Shown here one piece after another: positions 51,546 to 61,611 of a stretch of 64,000 nt of DNA (positions within the stretch are counted from its first letter, which is position 1; each line of letters opens with the position of its first letter). The position numbers were made by a program, and so were the translations under genes. The notes beneath the pieces are model-generated. The model saw nothing but the letters and a program-made list of their open reading frames with translations. It was not told the origin of the DNA and did not search any database. Location of the stretch: assembly GCA_965243135.1 (NCBI GenBank), contig OZ251539.1, positions 1,792,001-1,856,000 of the forward strand. Direction: 5' to 3'. This DNA comes from Alphaproteobacteria bacterium. GTDB lineage: Bacteria; Pseudomonadota; Alphaproteobacteria; MPNO01; UBA830.

Positions 51546-52718
51546 TCAGAACAGCTCGACCGTCGCGCCGGAAGCGTCCCTGCCCTGCGCACGGTAGTGG
51601 CCAAGCTTCTCGACGACCGGAGCGTCGGTGTAACTGTAGAGAATGGCGTCGCCGCCGCCCGTGTTGACCAGGCGCCGCCAACGGTGGCTCGGCACGACGA
51701 AGAAATCGTTCCGGTTCCACTCGTAGCGTTCGCCGTCGATCTCCGCGTATCCCGAACCTTCTAGCGCGAAGTACACGGTCGATGCCGTATGGCGCTTTTC
51801 CAGAGTCTTCTCGCCCGGCCTCAGCATCTGCGCCCGATAGCTCAGCGTCGAAAAGACGGGTTCGCCGTCCATCGGGTTGACGCATTCGACGATGATGCCC
51901 TCGTGCGCGTCGCCGTCGTGGTGCCGCAGGTCGCGGAGCGCATCCCGGATATCGGCGTTCCTGTAAAGGAACATGGGCGTCACCTTCCGTCCCTCGCCCC
52001 GGCGGTGGGCTTCGAACATCGGCCGGATGCCGCCGCGACCGTAGAACTTGGCCGAAAAGTCGGCCTCCGGCCTGCGGTTGCCGCCGACCGCATCGTCGTC
52101 GTTGCGCGCCCAGGCGAGTCCGAGGAAGTCCGCGAGCGGCCAGTCCAGCGTGTCCGCCCAGATCACGGGAGATTCGTCGTCGTTCCCGTGGCCGTGCCAC
52201 GTGCCGTTCGGCGTGAAGACGAGATCGCCGCGTCTGGGAAAAATCTTCTCGCCTTCGACCATCGTATAGCCGCCCGAATCGGAGATGATCGTGCGGCTCG
52301 CGTTGGGCGTGTGCATGTGCGATTCCGCCACGTCGCCTTTCTTGTAGATCGAGATCGCGATGCGCATGGTGTTCGTGACCTTGACGCCCTTGGTTCCGAA
52401 CGCGGGGTTGGTCAACAGCACCGACTGGCGTTCCGTCAGTTCCAAGGGGCATAATTCGACGAGCTGAAACAGATATTTCTCGATGTCCGGCCATTTCCAC
52501 ACATGGGGCTCGGCTGCCGGGTATTCCACCCCCAGCGTATAGGGTCCCGGAGCGGGGCGCCGGGACGCGCCGAGATGCCAGGGGGTCTGGTTGGGCAAGT
52601 TCCAGCGCGTCCGGATCCAGAGGCCGCGCTCCGCAGCCTCCGCGTTGAGCTCTTCGAGCTCGTTGATGATCAGCTCGAGCTCCGTTTCGCGCTCGGATCG
52701 AATCGCCGTCGTGGCCAT
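51546..52718 (-). CDS. Gentisate 1,2-dioxygenase-like bicupin
   Basis: P..WKW, ER..VLL.NP, HMHTPNASR, GDLV.TP..TWHGHGN, RHTASTVY..LEG.G, DAPV.EKLG. Confidence 0.85.
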   Translation of the reverse strand: MATTAIRSERETELELIINELEELNAEAAERGLWIRTRWNLPNQTPWHLGASRRPAPGPYTLGVEYPAAEPHVWKWPDIEKYLFQLVELCPLELTERQSVLLTNPAFGTKGVKVTNTMRIAISIYKKGDVAESHMHTPNASRTIISDSGGYTMVEGEKIFPRRGDLVFTPNGTWHGHGNDDESPVIWADTLDWPLADFLGLAWARNDDDAVGGNRRPEADFSAKFYGRGGIRPMFEAHRRGEGRKVTPMFLYRNADIRDALRDLRHHDGDAHEGIIVECVNPMDGEPVFSTLSYRAQMLRPGEKTLEKRHTASTVYFALEGSGYAEIDGERYEWNRNDFFVVPSHRWRRLVNTGGGDAILYSYTDAPVVEKLGHYRAQGRDASGATVELF

Positions 52719-52868
52719 GATTTCACCCTCCGGATCCTGTGCGGGAATTCTACCACACGGCGCCGGATTCCCAACGCGCCGCAACGCCGCTTGAGGATTC
52801 ATGGATCTCCGGGGTAGACTCCGCCGCCCGTTGCGGCCAAATCCCTTCACGAAACAGCGGAATCGATC

Positions 52869-53192
52869 ATGAGCGAAGTCACCTTTCACAAAGTCGCCAC
52901 CACCTCGGACCTCGACGAAGACGAGGCGATGCAGGTTGTCGTCGAGGGCAAGGAGCTCGCTCTCATCAATCTCGGCGGCGAATTGTTCGCTCTGGACGAC
53001 ATCTGTACCCATGCCTACGCGTCCATGTCGGACGGATACATCGAGGGCAACTGCATCGAATGCCCGCTCCACGGAGCGCAATTCGACGTCAGGACCGGCA
53101 AGGCGGAAACTCCGCCCGCCACGGAGGACCTCGTCAGCTACCAGGTAAAGGTTGAAGACGGGGACGTTTTCATCGGACTGCCGGACGCCTGA
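52869..53192 (+). CDS. Rieske ferredoxin (dioxygenase electron carrier)
   Basis: CTH..S.SDG..IECPLHG..FD..TG. Confidence 0.95.
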   Translation: MSEVTFHKVATTSDLDEDEAMQVVVEGKELALINLGGELFALDDICTHAYASMSDGYIEGNCIECPLHGAQFDVRTGKAETPPATEDLVSYQVKVEDGDVFIGLPDA

Positions 53193-53208
53193 GCGGCCGG
53201 ACCGCCGC

Positions 53209-54429
53209 GTGGACCCGACCTTCGTCATCGTCGGCGCCGGACAGGCCGGCGGCTGGACCGCAAGAACCCTGCGCGACGAGGGTTTCGCGGGACGGGTCGC
53301 GGTAGTGGGGGACGAGAGTTTTCCGCCCTATGAACGGCCGCCCCTGTCGAAGGAAGTTCTGCTCGGCGAGGCCGAAAAGGAATCCTGCTTTTTGTGGTCC
53401 GAGGAGGCCCTGTCGGAATCGGGAATCGAACTGATTCCGGGTCGCCGGGTCGAAGCGATCCATCCGGACGCTCACAGGCTGACGCTCGACAGCGGCGAAT
53501 CCTTCGACTGGACAAAGCTCGTGCTCGCCACCGGCGGACGCGCCCGGACTCTCGACGTTCCCGGCGCGAACCTGGATGGCGTCTTCACCCTGCGAACGAT
53601 CAACGATACGGAAGCGATTCGGCCGCGCCTCGCCGAAGGCGCTTCGGTCGTCGTCGTCGGCGCGGGCTGGATCGGCCTCGAGGTGGCGGCGGCGGCCCGC
53701 AAGCGGGGAGCGAACGTCACGGTTCTGGAGGCCGAAGACCGGGTGTGCGCCCGCGCGTTGACGCCGGGCATGTCCGAATGGGTTCTCGGACTCCATCGGC
53801 GGCATGGCGTCGAAATTCTCCTGAACGCCCGGTTCCGGGAGTTCGGCGGCGAGGACAGGCTCGAGCGCGCGGTGCTGCAGGACGGGAGCGAGATCGCATG
53901 CGACCTCGCCGTCGTCGGCATCGGCATCGTCCCGAACGTGGAACTCGCCGAAGCGGCCGGTCTCGACGTCGACAACGGCATCGTCGTCGACGAGACCGGC
54001 AGAACCTCCCATCCGGACATCTACGCGGCCGGCGACGCGGCCAACCACCCCAATCCGCTGCTCGGACGACGGGTCCGCCTGGAATCTTGGGAAAACGCCC
54101 AGAACCAGGCGATCGCCGTGGCGAAGGCCATGCTCGGCGGCGGGGCGCCCTATGCCGAGATCCCATGGTTCTGGTCGGATCAGTACGACGCGAACATCCA
54201 GCTGATGGGCATGCCGGAGACATGGGACCGGACCGTGGTTCGGGGCGACCGCTCGTCCGGCGAGTTCATCGAATTCCACCTCAAGGAGGGGCGCCTCCAG
54301 GGAGCCGCCGCCGTCAACAATCCGCGCGACCTGCGCCTTACCCGGCGCATGATGACGGCCGGCAGAACCTGGGATCCGGAGGCGCTCGCGGATCCGGCGG
54401 TCAAGCTGCAGAGACTTCTGAAAGCCTGA
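53209..54429 (+). CDS. Glutathione-reductase-type ferredoxin reductase
   Basis: IVGAGQAG, PYERPPLSK, GAGWIGLE, IYAAGD, RLESWENA, PWFWSDQYD. Confidence 0.95.
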   Translation: MDPTFVIVGAGQAGGWTARTLRDEGFAGRVAVVGDESFPPYERPPLSKEVLLGEAEKESCFLWSEEALSESGIELIPGRRVEAIHPDAHRLTLDSGESFDWTKLVLATGGRARTLDVPGANLDGVFTLRTINDTEAIRPRLAEGASVVVVGAGWIGLEVAAAARKRGANVTVLEAEDRVCARALTPGMSEWVLGLHRRHGVEILLNARFREFGGEDRLERAVLQDGSEIACDLAVVGIGIVPNVELAEAAGLDVDNGIVVDETGRTSHPDIYAAGDAANHPNPLLGRRVRLESWENAQNQAIAVAKAMLGGGAPYAEIPWFWSDQYDANIQLMGMPETWDRTVVRGDRSSGEFIEFHLKEGRLQGAAAVNNPRDLRLTRRMMTAGRTWDPEALADPAVKLQRLLKA

Positions 54430-54487
54430 CCCGTCAACGGCGGGACGGCGCGAGGACGACCGGTCCCGGTCCGAAAGCGCCGGCCGG

Positions 54488-55066
54488 CTACGTCCCGGAA
54501 ACGCCGGCCGTGAAGGTCAGGCCCGTCTTCTCGAATTCTTCGACCAGTCCCGGTCCCAAGGCTTCGATCCGCGCCGCGGCCTTCGGCGAGAAATCGATAT
54601 CGTTCAAATCGTGGATCCCTCCCGAAATGATCACCTGCAGAATCCCTTCCTCGCCGGAAACGTTGGTGAAGCCGCGACATACCCCCGGAGGGACCGAGAT
54701 GGTATCGAAGCGGCTCAATTCGACTCGTTCGCCGCCGTCGTCGTTCCAGTAGACCTCGAACCGCCCCTGGAGCACGGTGAAGGTTTCATAGGTCGCCTGA
54801 TGAGCGTGCAGCGACGGTCCCGTTCCCGGAGGGCAGACTGCGAGGGTCACCGTAATTCCGCCCGCGCCCCGGATGGGGGCGGCGGAGTTGATGGGCGTAT
54901 CGAGGCCTTCTTCCAAACCGATGACCGACAGCAGCTTCCGCGACCATACGATATCCGCAGCCTCGACCGGAATGCCGGAGTTTTTCTGGGCCTCCAGAGC
55001 TTGCAACCGCTCGAATCTCGCAACTCGCCCCTGCATCTCCGCATCCGAAATTCGAATGGTCCTCAT
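54488..55066 (-). CDS. Cupin domain protein
   Basis: PPGTGPSLHAH..TYETF.VL.G, DTISVPPGV.RGF.N; GGAGG RBS. Confidence 0.85.
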   Translation of the reverse strand: MRTIRISDAEMQGRVARFERLQALEAQKNSGIPVEAADIVWSRKLLSVIGLEEGLDTPINSAAPIRGAGGITVTLAVCPPGTGPSLHAHQATYETFTVLQGRFEVYWNDDGGERVELSRFDTISVPPGVCRGFTNVSGEEGILQVIISGGIHDLNDIDFSPKAAARIEALGPGLVEEFEKTGLTFTAGVSGT

Positions 55067-55960
55067 GGCTCGCCTCCCTTCGGTTGCGTAACGCGCCATC
55101 GTGATGGACGCGGACGGAACCTGCAAGCCGCTCGTCAGGGCGCCGCCTTCGCCGAATTCTTGAGAATCTCGGCATTGCGTTGCGGTTCCGCAGGTAGCAG
55201 CCGGCAAGGGCGCGCGGCGAGGGAGGCGGCGGAAGCTGCGGCAAGCCGGTTCCCGCTGCGATGCACGAGCTTCGTCGTCGGGAAAACGAAAGCGCTGATT
55301 GTATTCTCGGACGAGCGCCGGTTCGGACATGGGCGGCTACGCTTGGGGACCAACCGTTGAACAAGTTCCCCAATGGCGCCCGCAGTTCCGCCGGGTCGTC
55401 GGTTCGAACTGCGGGCAAGCGCCGCGAGCGCGCGAACCGGGCAGTAGCCGCGCGCCCGGCATTCACAGTCCCGAACGTGGCGCCGCTTCCTGGCGCGCGC
55501 GCAAATCGGAATTCCGCACCGCGGCAACGCGGGCGCCGCGACGAGAAATGATCCGGGACCTCGGGCGGCGCGTCCCGCCTCGAAGGAGCGAAGGGGGGCG
55601 CAAGCAGCGGCAGCGTCAAGCGAAGGAAACGAAGCGGTGCATGAAGGGAGGCGGGAAGTCCGAGGCGGGGCGATGCCGGGGACCCGCCCGTAAGCGCTGA
55701 GTTGTTTGGCGAATTGGAGTCGGGCGGCGCCGAATTACCCGTTCGTTGGCCACGCGCTTGATGGAAAGGCGGGAGATGCCGTTGGTCCAACCGTCTCGCC
55801 CGTTTCCGTTGCGGAAGAGCCTTGGAATGCGGAGAACCAGTTAGCGGAGGAGTCGCGCCCACCGGAAGAAAGCGCCTTTCCACGGCAACATGCGGGCCGG
55901 CGGACCGAGAAGGCCTGTCGCGCAGGCAGCAGCGTCGGAGAACGGTGCTATATTGAAACC

Positions 55961-57367
55961 ATGACTGGAAAATCGATCGTCGCCGCATTGATCGCGCTCG
56001 TCGCGTTCGCGGGCGCGCCCTGCGCGCAGCAGGCGCGCGTGCCGTCCGACGCGGCGGAACTGAAGCTTTCCTTCGCGCCGCTGGTGAAATCCGTCGCGCC
56101 TTCGGTCGTCAACATCTACACGAAGCGCATGGTGCGCGCGCGCCGCATCTCGCCGCTGTTCGACGATCCGTTCTTCCGGCGGTTCTTCGGCGGACGCTTT
56201 CCCTTCGACGAGCGGCCGCCCGAGAAAGTGCAGAATTCTCTGGGATCGGGCGTGATCGTAAGGCCGGAAGGCCTGATCGTCACCAATCATCACGTCATCG
56301 AGAACGCCGACGAGATCACCGTCGTGCTCGCGGACCGCCGGGAGTTCGAGGCGGAAGTCGTCACTCGGGACGAAAGGACGGACCTCGCCGTTCTGCGCGT
56401 GGACGCCGGATCCCTCCCCTACCTCCCCTTGCGCGATTCCGACACTCTCGAGGTGGGCGACCTCGTGCTCGCCATCGGCAACCCCTTCGGAGTCGGCCAG
56501 ACGGTGACCAGCGGCATCGTCTCCGCGCTCGCGAGAACCGCTGAAGGCGTGGCGGATTTCGGCTTCTTCATTCAGACGGACGCCGCGATCAATCCCGGCA
56601 ATTCCGGCGGCGCGCTCGTCGGCGTCGACGGCAAGCTCGCGGGCATCAACACCGCCATCTATTCGAGGAGCGGCGGGTCGAACGGCATCGGATTCGCGAT
56701 TCCTTCCAACATGGTGGCGACGGTGATCGGGGGCGCCGTCGCAGGCGGAGAAATCGTCCGTCCGTGGCTCGGCGCCCGCGGACAGCGCGTCGACCACGAG
56801 CTGGCGCGCAGCCTGGGCCTGCCGCGGCCTACCGGCGTCCTCGTCAACTCCATCCATCCCGAAAGTCCCGCCCGCCGCGCAGGGTTGCGCGTCGGCGACG
56901 TGATCGTGTCGGTGGAAGGCAAGGAGATCGCGGACGAGCACGCGCTCGGCTTTCGCGTCGCGACGCTCGAAATCGACGGCACGGCCGTTCTCGATATCGT
57001 CCGCGACGGCGCGAGGCTGACGCTGGAGATCTCGTTGCGGCAGGCGCCGGAAGTCCCGCCCAGGGACGTCACGAAGATCACCGGCGAAAATCCTTATTCC
57101 GGCGCCGAAATCGCCAATCTCTCTCCGGCTCTCGCGGAAGAGCTCTCGATGGACACGCATGCGACCGGCGTGATCGTACTGCGGATCCTGCGCGGTTCTC
57201 CGGCGGACCGAATCGGGCTGGAGCCGGGAGATATCCTGCTTCGCTTGAACGGAAGGCGAATCGAAAGGGTCGCGGATCTCCGCGAACGCCTGGAGCGCCG
57301 CGGGCGCGGCTGGCGAATCGCGGTCGGACGCGACGGACGGGTCCTGCAGCTCGTCATCCCGGGTTAG
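55961..57367 (+). CDS. DegQ/HtrA serine endoprotease with two PDZ domains
   Basis: Signal peptide, SLGSGVI..TNHHV, TDLAVL, QTDAAINPGNSGG. Confidence 0.95.
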   Translation: MTGKSIVAALIALVAFAGAPCAQQARVPSDAAELKLSFAPLVKSVAPSVVNIYTKRMVRARRISPLFDDPFFRRFFGGRFPFDERPPEKVQNSLGSGVIVRPEGLIVTNHHVIENADEITVVLADRREFEAEVVTRDERTDLAVLRVDAGSLPYLPLRDSDTLEVGDLVLAIGNPFGVGQTVTSGIVSALARTAEGVADFGFFIQTDAAINPGNSGGALVGVDGKLAGINTAIYSRSGGSNGIGFAIPSNMVATVIGGAVAGGEIVRPWLGARGQRVDHELARSLGLPRPTGVLVNSIHPESPARRAGLRVGDVIVSVEGKEIADEHALGFRVATLEIDGTAVLDIVRDGARLTLEISLRQAPEVPPRDVTKITGENPYSGAEIANLSPALAEELSMDTHATGVIVLRILRGSPADRIGLEPGDILLRLNGRRIERVADLRERLERRGRGWRIAVGRDGRVLQLVIPG

Positions 57368-57371
57368 ATCG

Positions 57372-58661
57372 TTGGCGACGGCGGGCTTGTTCGAAAGCGA
57401 GGCGCCGAGGCCTCTGGCGGATCGGCTGCGCCCCGAATCGCTGGAGGAGGTGCTGGGACAGGATCACCTTCTCGCTTCCGATGCGCCGATCGGTCGCATG
57501 GCGTCTTCGGGCCTGCTCGGTTCGATGATCCTGTGGGGACCGCCCGGCTCGGGGAAAACCACGATCGCCCGGCTGCTCGCCCGGTCGACCGACATGCATT
57601 TCGCGCTTCTTTCCGCGGTTTTCTCCGGCGTCGCGGACCTTCGCAAGGTCTTCGCGAACGCGCGCGATCACCGCGCGGCGGGCCGCGGCACGTTGCTGTT
57701 CGTCGACGAGATTCACCGCTTCAACCGGGCGCAGCAGGACGGCTTCCTGCCTTACGTGGAGGACGGCACGGTCATTCTCGTCGGCGCAACCACGGAGAAC
57801 CCTTCCTTCGAGTTGAACGGCGCCCTCCTGTCCCGCTGCCAGGTCTTCGTGCTCCATCGGCTCGACGACGCGACGCTGGAAGCGTTGCTGACGCGCGCCG
57901 AAACGAAACTCGGAAAGCCCCTGCCCCTTTCTCCCGGCGCGCGAGAAGCGCTCCGTTCAATGGCGGACGGCGACGGGCGCTACCTGCTCAATCTGGCCGA
58001 AGAGCTTTCGCGAATCGAGGTTCCCCTCGATACGGAGGACCTCGCCCGCACGGTTCAGAAACGCGTGCCCCTCTACGACAAGGCGCAGGACGCCCACTAC
58101 AACCTGATCAGCGCCCTGCACAAATCTCTGCGCGGCTCCGATCCCGACGCGGCGCTATACTGGCTCGCGCGCATGCTGACGGCGGGCGAGGACCCCCGCT
58201 ACATCGCGAGAAGACTCGTGCGTTTCGCCGTCGAAGACGTGGGACTGGCCGACCCCGCGGCGTTGCCTCAGGCCATAGCGGCGTGGCAGGCGTTCGAACG
58301 CATCGGCTCCCCCGAAGGCGAACTGGCGCTTGCCCAATGCGTCGTCTATCTCGGCGCCGCGCCGAAATCGAACGCGGTGCACAAGGCGTTCGGCGCCGCC
58401 GCGCGCGCCGCGAACGAAACCGGATCCCTGGCGCCGCCGCCGCACATTCTCAACGCGCCCACTACGCTCATGAAGGATCTGGGCTACGGAAAGGACTACG
58501 TCTACGATCACGATGCCGAAGGGGGTTTTTCGGGGCAGAACTACTTTCCGGACGGCATGGAGCGGCGCACTTTCTACCGCGCGGGCGACAGCGGTTTCGA
58601 GCGCGAGCTTCGCGAGCGCCTCGAAGACTGGAACCGGCGCCGCGCGCGGGGAACCAGGTGA
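57372..58661 (+). CDS. rarA: Replication-associated recombination protein A
   Basis: PLADRLRP, WGPPGSGKTT, VDEIHRFN.AQQD, ATTENPSF, ISALHKS.RGSD. Confidence 0.95.
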   Translation: MATAGLFESEAPRPLADRLRPESLEEVLGQDHLLASDAPIGRMASSGLLGSMILWGPPGSGKTTIARLLARSTDMHFALLSAVFSGVADLRKVFANARDHRAAGRGTLLFVDEIHRFNRAQQDGFLPYVEDGTVILVGATTENPSFELNGALLSRCQVFVLHRLDDATLEALLTRAETKLGKPLPLSPGAREALRSMADGDGRYLLNLAEELSRIEVPLDTEDLARTVQKRVPLYDKAQDAHYNLISALHKSLRGSDPDAALYWLARMLTAGEDPRYIARRLVRFAVEDVGLADPAALPQAIAAWQAFERIGSPEGELALAQCVVYLGAAPKSNAVHKAFGAAARAANETGSLAPPPHILNAPTTLMKDLGYGKDYVYDHDAEGGFSGQNYFPDGMERRTFYRAGDSGFERELRERLEDWNRRRARGTR

Positions 58662-59032
58662 GCACGCTGTTCGCAGTGGCGGCCGGAGGCGCGGTGGGCG
58701 CGACCGCCCGGTTTCTCGTGGGAACCGTGGCGGAGCCGCTCGGCCCCTATCCGTGGGGCACTTTCGCCGTCAACGTGGTCGGCTCGTTTATCCTCGGCCT
58801 GTTCGCGGGGCTGATGGCCCTCTCCTGGAACCCGGCCCCCGAGCTCCGCGCGTTTCTCACCGTGGGGCTGCTCGGAGGGTTCACCACGTTTTCGGCGTTT
58901 TCGCTGGATATCGTTCTTCTTGCCGAACGCGGACGCCTCGAACTCGCGGCCGCGTATTTGGCTTCGACGGTAATTTGCTCGGTCGGCGGTCTGATCGGGG
59001 GCCTCCGCCTGGCCCGCGCGCTCCTCGCATGA
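58658..59032 (+). CDS. crcB: Fluoride efflux channel
   Basis: GGAVGA.AR, PWGT.AVNV.GSF, GGFTTFSAF. Confidence 0.93.
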   Translation: MSTLFAVAAGGAVGATARFLVGTVAEPLGPYPWGTFAVNVVGSFILGLFAGLMALSWNPAPELRAFLTVGLLGGFTTFSAFSLDIVLLAERGRLELAAAYLASTVICSVGGLIGGLRLARALLA

Positions 59033-59973
59033 GCCGGACCCGCCATGTCCGCGTCGCGGAGGACGACTCCGGGATTCGTCTGGATCGCTGGTTTCGACGG
59101 CATTTTCCCGGCTTGGGACATGCGCGCCTCGAAAAACTGCTTCGCACCGGTCAGGTGCGCGTGAACGGCGGCCGGGTCCGCGCCTCCGTCCGCATCGAGG
59201 CCGGACAGACGATTCGGGTGCCCCCTTCGGCTGACGGCGAGGGGCGGAAGTTGGAGCGCGCCTCGCGGGAAGACGCCGTCTGGATGCGGTCGCTCGTCAT
59301 TCACAGCGACCGCCATTTGATCGTGCTCAACAAGCCGCAGGGAGTCGCCGTGCAAGGCGGCAGGAAGGTGGCGCGGCATCTCGACGGCTTGCTCGGCGCG
59401 CTCGCCGAGCCCGGAGACGGCCCCCCCCCCCGGCTCGTTCATCGCCTCGACCGCGACACGAGCGGCGTCCTCGTGGTCGCGCGGCGCGCTTCCGCCGCCT
59501 CCGCTTTGGCCGAAGCGTTCCGCGGCCGGCACGCGGAAAAAGTCTATTGGGCGCTGGCGGCGGGCGTCCCCGAACCCCGCACGGGCGTCGTCGATTCGCC
59601 GCTTCTCAAGAAGGCCGGCCAGGACGGCAACGAGAGGGTCGTCGTCGACCGCGAAGCCGGCAGGCAGGCCGTCACCGAATACGAAGTCGCCGACGCGGCG
59701 GACCGAAGGGTTTCATGGCTGGTTCTGAAGCCGCGCACGGGCCGAACGCACCAGCTGCGCGTCCATTGCGCGGCGCTCGGCGCGCCGGTCGTGGGCGACC
59801 GCAAGTACGGCGTCGAACCTCCGTCGGCGGAGGTTCCCGGCCTCCTGCATCTTCATGCCCGTTCGATCGCGCTTCCGCATCCGGGCGGCGGAGTTCTGCG
59901 GGTGGCGGCCCCGTTGCCCGATGCGCTCGCCGAAACGTGGCGGCGCTTCGGCTTCGATACGGAAACGCGATGA
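59029..59973 (+). CDS. RluA/RluC family pseudouridine synthase
   Basis: S4-like RLDRWF..RTGQVRV, NKPQG.AVQGG, LVHRLDRDTSG, TGRTHQLRVH. Confidence 0.93.
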   Translation: MSRTRHVRVAEDDSGIRLDRWFRRHFPGLGHARLEKLLRTGQVRVNGGRVRASVRIEAGQTIRVPPSADGEGRKLERASREDAVWMRSLVIHSDRHLIVLNKPQGVAVQGGRKVARHLDGLLGALAEPGDGPPPRLVHRLDRDTSGVLVVARRASAASALAEAFRGRHAEKVYWALAAGVPEPRTGVVDSPLLKKAGQDGNERVVVDREAGRQAVTEYEVADAADRRVSWLVLKPRTGRTHQLRVHCAALGAPVVGDRKYGVEPPSAEVPGLLHLHARSIALPHPGGGVLRVAAPLPDALAETWRRFGFDTETR

Positions 59974-60647
59974 CCGACCGGCTGAAACTCGTCGCGTTCG
60001 ATCTCGACGGAACGCTTCTCGACAGCGTTTCTTCGATCGTCGAGGGCGTGCGCGCCTGTTGGGACGCGCTGGGATTTCCGGAAGCCGAGCCGGAGCGGAT
60101 CAGGCGAATCATCGGACTGCCGTGGGAACGCGGCGTAGAGATTCTCCTGCCCGGCGCCGGCGAACGCGAAGTCGCCATGGTGAAGGAATATCACGCCGAA
60201 ATCGCCCGCGGCGAACGCGCGCCGCCCGAACGCCCTCCCGAGAAGACGTTTCCCGGAACCAGCGCCCTCCTCGATTCCCTGGAAGCCGGAGGTTACCTCC
60301 TGGCGCTCGTGACAAGCCGCTCCAACAGGCGAATCCACCAACTGGTCGAGGGCCTGGACGGCCGGTTCGTTTCGGTTCAGACCGCCGACCGCGGTCCGGG
60401 CAAGCCGAATCCCTTCCTCCTGAACAGCGCGATGAAGGAAGCCGGCGTCGATGCGGGAGACACGGTCATGGTCGGCGACACGATTTACGACGTGCAGACC
60501 GCAACGAATGCGGGGACGGGAGCGATCGGCGTGACTTGGGGCGCGCATCCCGCCGAAGACCTGCGCTCGGCCGGAGCGCATCGCGTCGCGGACAGTTTCG
60601 AGCAGTTGCGGGGCGACGTCGACCATCTCCTTCGAGGCGGCGAATGA
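59970..60647 (+). CDS. HAD-IA family hydrolase
   Basis: FDLDGTLLDS, KPNP, MVGDT.YD. Confidence 0.92.
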   Translation: MTDRLKLVAFDLDGTLLDSVSSIVEGVRACWDALGFPEAEPERIRRIIGLPWERGVEILLPGAGEREVAMVKEYHAEIARGERAPPERPPEKTFPGTSALLDSLEAGGYLLALVTSRSNRRIHQLVEGLDGRFVSVQTADRGPGKPNPFLLNSAMKEAGVDAGDTVMVGDTIYDVQTATNAGTGAIGVTWGAHPAEDLRSAGAHRVADSFEQLRGDVDHLLRGGE

Positions 60648-61345
60648 AGCGGTTTTACGAGAGCGCAACCAGCGTCGCCGCGAAGGAAGGCTTCGAGATC
60701 CACCTCGACGGGCGTCCCGTCAAAACGCCGGCCAAGCGCAAGCTTGCATTGCCAAGCGAACGGCTGGCGCAAGCGATATCCCGCGAATGGTCGGATCAGG
60801 GCGAGAAGATCGACACGCACCGCATGCGGCTGACCCGGCTCGCGAACAGCGCGGTCGACCGGGTCGCCGGTCGCCGCGACGCGGTCGTCTCCGAGATCGC
60901 CGGCTACGCGGAAACCGACCTCGTTTGTTACCGCGCCGCGGAGCCGGAAGCCCTCCGCCGGCGGCAGGAAGCGGGCTGGACGCCGCTCGTCGACTGGATC
61001 GCGAAGCGTCACGAAATCGTTCTGACCGTTACGGCCGGGCTTCTGCCCTGCCCTCAACCGCCGGCTTCGCTGTCGAACGTTCGGAAAATCGTCGAGGGCC
61101 GGAACGATTTTTCCCTGACCGGCCTGCAACTCGCGGCTGCGGCCAGCGGATCGGTCGTGATCGCGCTGGCGCTGGCGGACGGCGAAATCGACGCTGGCGA
61201 GGCATGGAAACGGTCGCTCGTCGACGAGACGTGGCAGATCGAGAACTGGGGCGATGACCCGGAGGCGGCGAAGCGCCGCGCCGGCCTGCTCGCGGATATC
61301 GGCGCGGCGGAGACGTTCATAAAGCTGAGCGGGGAAACGGCGTGA
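60644..61345 (+). CDS. ATP12 family chaperone
   Basis: MKRFY, LDGRPVKTP, EW..Q, YAETDL.CYRA, DE.WQ...WG.D. Confidence 0.93.
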   Translation: MKRFYESATSVAAKEGFEIHLDGRPVKTPAKRKLALPSERLAQAISREWSDQGEKIDTHRMRLTRLANSAVDRVAGRRDAVVSEIAGYAETDLVCYRAAEPEALRRRQEAGWTPLVDWIAKRHEIVLTVTAGLLPCPQPPASLSNVRKIVEGRNDFSLTGLQLAAAASGSVVIALALADGEIDAGEAWKRSLVDETWQIENWGDDPEAAKRRAGLLADIGAAETFIKLSGETA

Positions 61346-61611
61346 AATCCGCGAGACTCGTCGTCACGGGCCGCGTGCAGGGCGTCGGATTCCGGGCGTG
61401 GGCGGCCGGCGAGGCCGCGCGGCTTCGCGTTTCAGGTTGGGTGCGGAACCGGATCGACGGAAGCGTGGAGGCCGCGATTTCCGGTTCGCCGGAAGCGGTC
61501 GAGGAGATGACGCGCGCCTGCCGGAAAGGACCGCGGTTCGCGCGGGTCGACGACGTCGCGGTTTTCGAATGCCCGCCGCCGGACGGCGAAGGTTTCGTCA
61601 TACTGGCGTGA
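61342..61611 (+). CDS. acyP: Acylphosphatase
   Basis: [19 protein letters not shown]. Confidence 0.93.
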   Translation: MKSARLVVTGRVQGVGFRAWAAGEAARLRVSGWVRNRIDGSVEAAISGSPEAVEEMTRACRKGPRFARVDDVAVFECPPPDGEGFVILA

